DNA from: Betaproteobacteria bacterium
GTDB lineage: Bacteria > Pseudomonadota > Gammaproteobacteria > Burkholderiales > Rhodocyclaceae
Reading direction: 5' to 3'
DNA length: 64,000 bases
Assembly: GCA_012026675.1 (NCBI GenBank)
Contig: VEPA01000245.1
Span: 2,093-66,092 of the forward strand
Part shown: positions 56,574 to 64,000 of the stretch, one piece after another
Position numbering within the stretch: position 1 is the first letter of the stretch
How the letters are laid out: the number at the start of each line of letters is the position of its first letter
The notes under the pieces: generated by a model
Database searches by the model: none
Seen by the model: only the letters and a program-made list of their open reading frames with translations
Told to the model about the DNA's origin: nothing
Position numbers and translations under genes: made by a program

Positions 56574-57122
56574 ATGAACACGATTTCCTGCTTCGTCTGC
56601 CGCCGATTCCGCCTTTCCATCCTCGGCCTGTTATTGGGTATTGCCGCCGCTTTCCCGGCACATGCCGCCGAGGGTGATTTGAAGTCGATCGCGATCCTCG
56701 ATTTCGAACTTATCGACGAAATGCGGGACACGGCGCCGGCGACCGTCGAATACCAGCGACTCGTTGTCGCGCGCGACCAGTTGGCGGAAGCCTTCGCCAA
56801 GGCGGGCCTTTACCGGGTCATTGACCTTGCACCGGCGGCGGAGTTGATGAAGCGCCTCAAGTCCGAACAAAGGCTGCATGAATGCAATGGTTGCGAAATC
56901 GATATTGCCAAGGTCGTCAAGGCGGACCGCGTCCTGGTCGGTTGGGTGCAGAAGGTCAGCAATCTGATCCTCAACCTGAACATCCAGATCGAGGATACGG
57001 CCACCGGGGCTGTCGTCCTCATCACCTCCGTCGATATGCGCGGGAATACCGACGAATCCTGGCGCCGCAGTGTCTCCTACCTTGTGCGCCAGATGGTGGA
57101 CAAAGGTCAGGGCAACCGCTGA
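56574..57122 (+). CDS. Exported DUF3280/DUF2380-like protein, typical of methanol-oxidation loci
   Basis: Signal peptide; DFELID, CNGCE, GWVQKVSNLILN, DMRGNTDESW. Confidence 0.8.
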   Translation: MNTISCFVCRRFRLSILGLLLGIAAAFPAHAAEGDLKSIAILDFELIDEMRDTAPATVEYQRLVVARDQLAEAFAKAGLYRVIDLAPAAELMKRLKSEQRLHECNGCEIDIAKVVKADRVLVGWVQKVSNLILNLNIQIEDTATGAVVLITSVDMRGNTDESWRRSVSYLVRQMVDKGQGNR

Positions 57123-57131
57123 AGCCGCGGC

Positions 57132-57668
57132 TCAGCCTTTCGGCGTGAACATGTCGTGCACGATCGTGTGCCGGTTGGCGATCAGTTCGTCGATCGTCGG
57201 CTCATCCTTCATCGCACGCGAGATCGCCAGTTTGGTCGCCTCGTAGTTGGTGCGATAGAGATCCTGCTCGTCAAGCTTGGGATCGGTCGCGCAGCGTGGA
57301 TCGATCCAGATCAGGCTGATGATGCACAGGTCATTGACCTGGGCGCGCGGCAGGATGCCTTCGATAACACAGTCGAGCACGGCGTCAGCGGTCGCTGACT
57401 GGACGACGCCGCCAAACAGGTTCACGTAGGCGCCCGACTTCATCGTCACCTTGGGAACAATCATCGTCGCCGGGCGAACCATCTGGTTGCAGGCGCGGAT
57501 GGCAAGCATCCTGGTATGTCCGGCGGTCTGGCCCATCATGTTGGCGAAGGCCTGGCCAACCGGTCCATCCGTGGCACCGATCAGAATTTCGGGCATAGCG
57601 TCGGTATATTGACCGTCGGCGGCGAGAACAGTCGCCTCCCCGGTCTTGAAGATTATCCTGGCGTTCAT
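57132..57668 (-). CDS. Divergent Fae paralog (Fae2-like)
   Basis: GEA..EILIG..GPVGQAFAN, PAT..PKVT.K, G.VQ.A.A.AV.D, NYEATKLAI; AGGAGG RBS. Confidence 0.82.
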   Translation of the reverse strand: MNARIIFKTGEATVLAADGQYTDAMPEILIGATDGPVGQAFANMMGQTAGHTRMLAIRACNQMVRPATMIVPKVTMKSGAYVNLFGGVVQSATADAVLDCVIEGILPRAQVNDLCIISLIWIDPRCATDPKLDEQDLYRTNYEATKLAISRAMKDEPTIDELIANRHTIVHDMFTPKG

Positions 57669-57752
57669 TTGTGGCCTCCTGTGGAATGACGGAATTGTAA
57701 TTGTCCGCCCGGCAGTCGCCGCCCTGGCAGGACATTTTTGGTTTGGCTTTGG

Positions 57753-58190
57753 TCAGGCCGCCGGCACCGGCATGCCACGCCGGTCGAGCAGGGCCGTCCA
57801 GCCGCGGATCACGCGGTAGAGCACCCACAGACCCGTGCTGACCGCAACGACCCAGGCAAGGGGGTAGCCAATGATGGTGATGACCAGCAGGCCGGCAACG
57901 AACACCCAGACCACGGCAAACCAGAAACTGCGCAGCTGCCAGCGCCAGTGGGTCGCCAGCCAGGTGCCGCGCACCTTGTCGCGCGTGACGTAATTGATGA
58001 TCACGGCGATGATCGACGGCCAGCTGAAGACGAAGGCCGTGATGATCCAGGCTGAAGTCAGGATGCCGAACACCGCCGATAGCGCATGCAGCCCGTACAT
58101 CACGTGGCACCAGGCGCGCGGGCCGTCCAGTTGGCCACCCGACGCGCCGTCCGCCTCATCATGCGCGGGTATCACCCCCGGTTCGGTCAT
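57753..58190 (-). CDS. DUF4870-like small membrane protein
   Basis: IIAVIINYV..H.RWQLRSFW..W.LYRVIRG; AGGAGG RBS. Confidence 0.8.
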   Translation of the reverse strand: MTEPGVIPAHDEADGASGGQLDGPRAWCHVMYGLHALSAVFGILTSAWIITAFVFSWPSIIAVIINYVTRDKVRGTWLATHWRWQLRSFWFAVVWVFVAGLLVITIIGYPLAWVVAVSTGLWVLYRVIRGWTALLDRRGMPVPAA

Positions 58191-58198
58191 TAGCCCTC

Positions 58199-59689
58199 CT
58201 AAAGTCCCAGTTCTTTCCAGAGCAGGTCTACGCGCTGCTTCACGGCTTCGTCCATGACGATGGGACGCCCCCACTCGCGCGTGGTCTCGCCGGGCCACTT
58301 GCTGGTCGCGTCGATGCCCATTTTGCTACCAAGGCCCGCCACCGGTGAGGCGAAATCGAGGTAATCAATGGGCGTATTCTCGGCAATCAGGGTGTCGCGC
58401 GCCGCATCGACGCGCGTGGTCAGCGCCCAGATCACCTCGGGCCAGGAACGCACATCGACGTCATCGTCGGTGACGATGATGAACTTGGTATACATGAACT
58501 GGCGCAGGAAGGACCAGATGCCGAACATCACGCGCTTGGCGTGGCCGGGATACTGCTTCCTGATGCTGACGACCGCCATGCGGTAGGAGCAGCCCTCGGG
58601 CGGCAGGTAGAAGTCGGTGATCTCGGGAAACTGCTTTTGCAGCAACGGCACGAAGACTTCGTTCAGGGCCAGACCGAGCATGGCCGGTTCGTCCGGCGGC
58701 TTGCCGGTGTAGGTGGAGTGGTAGATTGGGTCACGCCGCAGCGTGACGCGCTCGACCGTGAACACGGGAAACTCGGCCACCTCGTTGTAATAGCCAGTGT
58801 GATCGCCGAACGGACCTTCGGCTGCGATCTCATCGGGACGGATCACGCCTTCGAGGACGATCTCGCTTGACGCCGGCACCTGCAGGTCGGAACCGCAGCA
58901 CTTCACGACCTCGGTCTTGGCGCCACGCAGCAGACCGGCGAACTGGTATTCGGAAAGGCTGTCCGGCACTGGCGTCACGGCCGCCAGTATCGTCGCCGGA
59001 TCGGCGCCGATCACCACGGCGACCGGGAAGGGCTCTCCGGGACGCGCGGCGCAATGCTCGCGGTAGTCCAGCGCGCCGCCGCGGTGCGCCAGCCAGCGCA
59101 TGATCAATTTGTTCGGCGCGATGAGTTGCTGGCGGTAGATGCCGAGGTTCTGCCGGGCCTTGTGCGGCCCGCGCGTGACGACCAGGCCCCAGGTGATCAG
59201 CGGCGCGGCATCGCCGGGCCAGCAGGTCTGCAGCGGCAGACGCGCCAGATCGACGTCCCTGCCTTCCCATACGACATCCTGGCAGGGCGCTGAACTGACC
59301 ACCTTGGGCGCCATGTTCAGCACCTGCTTCAGGACCGGCAGTTTGTCCCAGGCATCTTTCAAACCCTTGGGCGGCTCGGGCTCCTTGAGGTAGGCCAGCA
59401 GTTCGCCGACCCCGCGCAGGCGGGTTTTCCAGTCAAGCTCAGCGCTGTCCTCGCCTTCCGCGGCAGCAATTCCCAATGCCACCCGGCGCGGCGTGCCGAA
59501 CAGGTTGACCAGCACCGGCATCGCATGGCCTTTGGGCTTCTCGAACAGCAGCGCCGGGCCGCCGGCGCGCAGCACGCGATCGGCGATTTCGGTCATCTCC
59601 AGAAGGGGATCGACCTCGACCGCGATCCGCTTGAGTTCGCCCAGAGTTTCCAGTTGCGCCATGAAATCGCGCAAATCGGTATATTTCAT
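58199..59689 (-). CDS. ubiD: 4-hydroxy-3-polyprenylbenzoate decarboxylase
   Basis: [51 protein letters not shown]. Confidence 0.96.
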   Translation of the reverse strand: MKYTDLRDFMAQLETLGELKRIAVEVDPLLEMTEIADRVLRAGGPALLFEKPKGHAMPVLVNLFGTPRRVALGIAAAEGEDSAELDWKTRLRGVGELLAYLKEPEPPKGLKDAWDKLPVLKQVLNMAPKVVSSAPCQDVVWEGRDVDLARLPLQTCWPGDAAPLITWGLVVTRGPHKARQNLGIYRQQLIAPNKLIMRWLAHRGGALDYREHCAARPGEPFPVAVVIGADPATILAAVTPVPDSLSEYQFAGLLRGAKTEVVKCCGSDLQVPASSEIVLEGVIRPDEIAAEGPFGDHTGYYNEVAEFPVFTVERVTLRRDPIYHSTYTGKPPDEPAMLGLALNEVFVPLLQKQFPEITDFYLPPEGCSYRMAVVSIRKQYPGHAKRVMFGIWSFLRQFMYTKFIIVTDDDVDVRSWPEVIWALTTRVDAARDTLIAENTPIDYLDFASPVAGLGSKMGIDATSKWPGETTREWGRPIVMDEAVKQRVDLLWKELGL

Positions 59690-59744
59690 GGCCCGAGTTT
59701 AGTGCGGATTTCAGCAGGAATGCGGCTGCGTGCTGCCGGCCGCA

Positions 59745-60629
59745 TCATTGCAACCAGGGCCGCAGGTTGAGTTCGGCAACGATGCCGGCGAAGATCGCCG
59801 CGCCGAACCACTTGTTGTGGCGGAAGGCGGCAAAGCAGCCTTCGCGCTTGCGGTGGCGGATCAGCGTGTAGTGATAGCCGGCCAGTGCGCCGGCGACGGC
59901 CAGCCCGGCGAAATACAGCACGCCGTAACGCAGGTCCCAGCCGACCACGGCGAGGATGGCGAGTGTCATGGCATAGCAGAGCATCACGGCGACGACATCG
60001 AAGCGGCCGAAGGTGATGGCCGCCGTGCGAATGCCGATCTTTAGATCGTCCTCGCGGTCGACCATGGCGTACTCGGTGTCGTAGGCCAGAGCCCAGAAGA
60101 TATTGGCAATCAGCAGCGTCCAGCCCAGCGCACCGACTTTGCCGGTTGCCGCGGCGAAGGCCATGGGGATGCCGAAGCCGAAAGCGATCCCGAGATAGGC
60201 TTGCGGCAGGGCGAAGAAGCGCTTGGTGAAGGGATAACTGACAGCGAGGAACAGCGCGATCAGTGCCAGCCACCAGACATCGCGGAAGATCGGCAGCGCC
60301 ACCAGGAAAGCGCAGAAGGCCAGCACGGCAGCCAGCGTCAGCGCCTCGCGCGTGGACACCATGCGCGCCGCCAGCGGCCGGTCTTTGGTGCGTTCGACAT
60401 GTGGGTCGAAATCCCGGTCGGCATAGTCATTGATCACGCAACCGGCGGAGCGCATCAGCAAGGTGCCAAAGGCGAAAATCCAGCCCAGCATCCAGTGCGG
60501 CTTGCCCCCGGTCGCCAGCCATAGCGCCCAGAAAGTCGGCCACAGCAACAGCAATGTTCCGATCGGCTTGTCCAGCCGCATCAGCTTCTCGTAGAGATCG
60601 AGGCGGTGTTTCAAGGCGGCAAAAGTCAT
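59745..60629 (-). CDS. ubiA: 4-hydroxybenzoate octaprenyltransferase
   Basis: [43 protein letters not shown]. Confidence 0.96.
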   Translation of the reverse strand: MTFAALKHRLDLYEKLMRLDKPIGTLLLLWPTFWALWLATGGKPHWMLGWIFAFGTLLMRSAGCVINDYADRDFDPHVERTKDRPLAARMVSTREALTLAAVLAFCAFLVALPIFRDVWWLALIALFLAVSYPFTKRFFALPQAYLGIAFGFGIPMAFAAATGKVGALGWTLLIANIFWALAYDTEYAMVDREDDLKIGIRTAAITFGRFDVVAVMLCYAMTLAILAVVGWDLRYGVLYFAGLAVAGALAGYHYTLIRHRKREGCFAAFRHNKWFGAAIFAGIVAELNLRPWLQ

Positions 60630-60638
60630 GGCCCGATT

Positions 60639-61223
60639 TTACCGGCACTCTCCGCGCAAGGCCACGCCGGATACGCCACCCTTAAGCTGCGGTGACCATG
60701 GCAGAAACACTTCGGTGACCAGCAGGCGCGCCGCGCCGCGCGTAAACAGCGCGCGTCGGGCCGCCAGGCGCTGCGGCACGATGCCTTCGCCCCACTCCGC
60801 CGCGGCGCGAAACAGGGCATGGCGCGCATCGAGGCAGCGGTAATGCAATGGTCCAGCCTTGACCCGTGGATCGGTGAACAGCACCGTCGCCAGCGAACGC
60901 CGGCCGGCACGGTGCAGCAGCTTCAGGGCCGCGCGATTGGCCGCGGTGTGTGCATACACGGCGACGCGTCCCTGTACCCGCAGCACCACCTCGCGCACCG
61001 GTACGGTGCGGCCGTCGGCCAGGTTCAGTACGCGCCGCTCGTCCTCGTAGGGCAGGCGCAATCCCTGATGCAGGACTTGCACGGTGGTCGCCCCGAAACG
61101 CTGCAGGTGTGCCGTAAGCGAGCCGCTTTCACGCAGCCAGGCGCGCAGGACGCCGGACTCGCCGCAGAATACCCGCCAGCCGCCGGCATCGCAGCCGCGA
61201 AACTTGCGCTTGCGCAAGCTCAT
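60639..61223 (-). CDS. ubiC: Chorismate pyruvate-lyase
   Basis: WL..GSLTAHL, VREVVL, ARRALF, LLVTEVFLP; upstream of ubiA. Confidence 0.88.
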   Translation of the reverse strand: MSLRKRKFRGCDAGGWRVFCGESGVLRAWLRESGSLTAHLQRFGATTVQVLHQGLRLPYEDERRVLNLADGRTVPVREVVLRVQGRVAVYAHTAANRAALKLLHRAGRRSLATVLFTDPRVKAGPLHYRCLDARHALFRAAAEWGEGIVPQRLAARRALFTRGAARLLVTEVFLPWSPQLKGGVSGVALRGECR

Positions 61224-61424
61224 CTGAATTCTGCAAGCTCCATGCTGCGGCATTTTACCGGCAGCCGAACCGGTGATGCCACAGCGCAAGCGGCCGCGGG
61301 TTTCAACCCGGGCAATCGAGTTGCCACCGCTTGAAGCGATTTGTAGCATCATTCAAGGAAGGCCACGTTTCCACTCCGCCGATGCCCTTACCCGACTCTT
61401 TCAATCACTGCTTGTGATCGAGCG

Positions 61425-64000
61425 ATGAAACAAAAATTTCCGCTACACATTCATATCAGCACGCTGTTTGTCGTCTTGATCCTGCTGGTTGGCAGCATCA
61501 TCGCCGGGGTCGGGTACAAACTGTCCCGCGAAATGCTGCAGTCGACTGCCAATGACTTGATCGGCCGCATCGGCGACGAGACCAGCAAGGAGATTGAAGC
61601 GCTCATTGCTCCCGCCGAACTGGCCATGAACCTGATCAGTCATGACCTGCTCAGCGAGGCGAGTTCCTTCCCGCAGCGGTTCAGCCGCGTGCCCTTTCTC
61701 AAGGAGGCCTTGCTTGGGTCGCCCGCGCTGTCGTCGGTCTACGCGGGTTACCCGAACGGCGACTTCTTCTTTCTGCGGCGCGTTGCTGACGAAGCCGAGA
61801 GGTCGATGTTCAAGGCCCCGGAAGACACCCGCTATATCGTGCAGTCCATTGAACACGACAAGGACACGCATCGTGGGCGCTTCCTCTTTCTCAACGGCGC
61901 GCTGGCTGAGTTGCGCGCGGACGACCGTCCCGATTATGCGGCCAGCTACGACCCGCGTACGCGCGACTGGTTCAAGAATGCCAGTACGTCCGCCACCTCG
62001 ATCAAGACCCCTCCTTACCTGTTCTTCTCCAATCGCAAAGTCGGCGTGACCTTGGCGACGCGAGGCGTGAAGGGCGGCAGCGTGATCGGCGCCGATATCC
62101 TGCTGGATACATTGGCGAACAATCTCAAGAAGAACAAGCTCACGCCCGGCACCGAAATGGCACTGGTCAATGGAAAAGGTTTCGTCCTGGCGCATGAAGA
62201 CGTGGCAAGGCTGGTTGCTGTTGCCGGAGGGACGGATGCCAAACCCAGCCTGATTCTGCTCGAAGATTTCGGGCGCCCCGCGCTCGCTGCTGCAGCGAAA
62301 ATGCTCCATCCGCCTGCCGGCAGTGAGGTGGGCACGAGTTTGAAGATTGGCGGTGAGGATTGGCAGGTCAATATCAGTCCCGTGCGCCTGCCAGGCATAC
62401 CTCCCTTGTACCTGGTCCTCGCCATTCCGGACAACGAATTGCTGGCTGCCGCATTCAAACAGCGGAATACCGCGCTAGGCATAACGCTGCTGATCATACT
62501 GATTGCGATACCCATCACATGGGGTCTGGCACGCGGCATTTCGGGCCCCTTGCGCGCCTTGCATGGCGAGGCCGAGAGAATTCGCCGCTTCGATTTCTCC
62601 GACGCCGGCGGGGTACGCTCCATGGTTTCGGAAGTAGACGCACTGAGCAACACCATGGATGGCATGAAGCGCACCATCCGCCGCTTTCTCGACATCAGCA
62701 CGGCGGTCGCCGGAGAACAGAACTTCGACCTTTTGCTGGCCATGTTGTTGCGCGAAACACTGTCTGCCGCTGAAGCCGACTTCGGCATCCTCTATCTGGC
62801 CGACAACGAGGGTTTGCTGCCGATGGTCCTTGTGGACCGGAACGGTGAAAAAGTCGACAAGCCGCTGCCGGCGGTTTTGCTCAAAGAGGCCGGCCTCCTG
62901 CTCGGGGCGTCCCTGGCAGAAGGACGCACCCTGTCCGCACGGCTTCTGCCTGAAGATATTGCGGCGGCCGGTCTGGGCGATTTGATCGACATCAACGCGA
63001 CGCAACATGGTGTCGCCGTACCCTTGCGCAACCGCCAGCAGAACCTGGTCGGAGCCATGCTGCTCGTGCGGCCAACGCCGATCGACGATGCGCAACTCTC
63101 TTTCATCGGCAACCTGGCCGTATCCGCGGCCAGTTCGCTTGAGACACGCGAACTGATCAAGGCGCAAAAGGAGTTGTTCGAGGCTTTCATCCAGCTCATT
63201 GCCGGTGCGATCGACGCCAAGAGCCCGTACACCGGTGGTCATTGCGCGCGTGTACCGGAACTCACCAAGATGCTGGCCCGTGCCGCCTGTGCCGAAACCA
63301 GCGGCCCGTTCAAGGAGTTCCAGCTGAATGACGGCGAATGGGAAGCGGTCCATATCGCGGCCTGGCTGCACGATTGCGGCAAAGTCACCACGCCGGAATA
63401 CGTGGTCGACAAGGCCACCAAACTCGAAACGATTTATGACCGCATCCACGAGGTGCGCATGCGCTTTGAAGTCCTCAAGCGCGACGCGGAGATTGCCTGT
63501 CTGCAAGCCATTGCCGCCGGCGCTGATGAAGCGCAGGCGCGCGCGGGTCTGTCCGCGGAACTGGCCCGGATCGATGACGACTATGCCTTCATTGCCAGTT
63601 GCAATGAAGGCGGCGAATTCATGGCGCCGGACAAGATCGAACGCCTGAAGTCGATTGCCGCCCGCACCTGGTTGCGCACGCTGGACGACCGTATCGGCAT
63701 TTCCCATGAGGAGAAGGCACGCAAGGCCGCCACCCCTGCAGCCGCCCTGCCGGTCGCGGAACCGCTGCTGGCCGACCGGCCGGAACATGTTTTCACGCGT
63801 CGCGCGCAGGACCGCATGCCGGAAAACAACAAGTGGGGTTTCCGCATGAAGGTTCCCGAGCTCCTCTACAACAAGGGGGAGCTCTACAACCTGTCGGTGG
63901 GACGCGGCACGCTTTCGGAAGAGGAGCGTTACAAGATCAACGAGCACATCGTGCAGACCCTGATCATGCTGTCCGCGCTGCCGTTCCCGAAACACCTGCG
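61425..64000 (+). CDS. Membrane Cache-HAMP-GAF-HD-GYP-type phosphodiesterase (3' end outside window; absent from the ORF track)
   Basis: ATG 61425 MKQKFPLHIHISTLF..; YDPRTRDWF (Cache); second TM plus HAMP; DAKSPYTGGHCARVP; WLHDCGKVTTPEYVVDK. Confidence 0.88.
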   Translation, partial: MKQKFPLHIHISTLFVVLILLVGSIIAGVGYKLSREMLQSTANDLIGRIGDETSKEIEALIAPAELAMNLISHDLLSEASSFPQRFSRVPFLKEALLGSPALSSVYAGYPNGDFFFLRRVADEAERSMFKAPEDTRYIVQSIEHDKDTHRGRFLFLNGALAELRADDRPDYAASYDPRTRDWFKNASTSATSIKTPPYLFFSNRKVGVTLATRGVKGGSVIGADILLDTLANNLKKNKLTPGTEMALVNGKGFVLAHEDVARLVAVAGGTDAKPSLILLEDFGRPALAAAAKMLHPPAGSEVGTSLKIGGEDWQVNISPVRLPGIPPLYLVLAIPDNELLAAAFKQRNTALGITLLIILIAIPITWGLARGISGPLRALHGEAERIRRFDFSDAGGVRSMVSEVDALSNTMDGMKRTIRRFLDISTAVAGEQNFDLLLAMLLRETLSAAEADFGILYLADNEGLLPMVLVDRNGEKVDKPLPAVLLKEAGLLLGASLAEGRTLSARLLPEDIAAAGLGDLIDINATQHGVAVPLRNRQQNLVGAMLLVRPTPIDDAQLSFIGNLAVSAASSLETRELIKAQKELFEAFIQLIAGAIDAKSPYTGGHCARVPELTKMLARAACAETSGPFKEFQLNDGEWEAVHIAAWLHDCGKVTTPEYVVDKATKLETIYDRIHEVRMRFEVLKRDAEIACLQAIAAGADEAQARAGLSAELARIDDDYAFIASCNEGGEFMAPDKIERLKSIAARTWLRTLDDRIGISHEEKARKAATPAAALPVAEPLLADRPEHVFTRRAQDRMPENNKWGFRMKVPELLYNKGELYNLSVGRGTLSEEERYKINEHIVQTLIMLSALPFPKHL

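Noticed and set aside
1-64000. CRISPR arrays, tRNA/rRNA genes, transposases, integrases, pqqA peptide
   Set aside because: No regularly spaced repeats or diagnostic motifs were seen by eye; short RNA genes cannot be fully excluded without a covariance search.

Overview
A GC-rich bacterial window, probably betaproteobacterial and Rhodocyclales-like (inferred from the style of ubiD/ubiA/xoxF and gene order). Its core, ~19-57.7 kb, is a methylotrophy island. It holds an AcoR-type sigma54 activator, dephospho-H4MPT/methylofuran biosynthesis and C1-transfer genes (PTPS, afpA/dmrB-like, orf20, orf19, orf22, orf21, orf9, orf1, orf17, fae, orf7, orf5, mch, orfY, mtdB, mptG), fhcBADC and lanthanide-type methanol dehydrogenase xoxF-xoxG-xoxJ. 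A poorly characterised periplasmic cluster follows: two SoxYZ-like carriers, two metallo-beta-lactamase folds, a protease-TPR and a thioredoxin. folP and a Fae paralog end the island. The left flank is accessory: glutaminase-STAS-cNMP, IorAB-like molybdoenzyme, Prc, WD40-caspase plus lipoprotein, and a decayed patch with nifZ-like and LysR remnants around an intact ccdAB. The right flank is ubiD-ubiA-ubiC and a truncated HD-GYP gene. Best novelty candidates: (i) the duplicated SoxYZ-like/MBL relay with one metal-site-degenerate MBL and a XoxJ-cytochrome c fusion; (ii) a Zn-finger/degenerate-LAGLIDADG-like/variant-PTPS fusion behind fae; (iii) an antisense orf17 inside the minus-strand operon, head-to-head with an orf1 that has no canonical start; (iv) a long structured xoxF leader. 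All calls come from reading motifs by eye; no searches were run.
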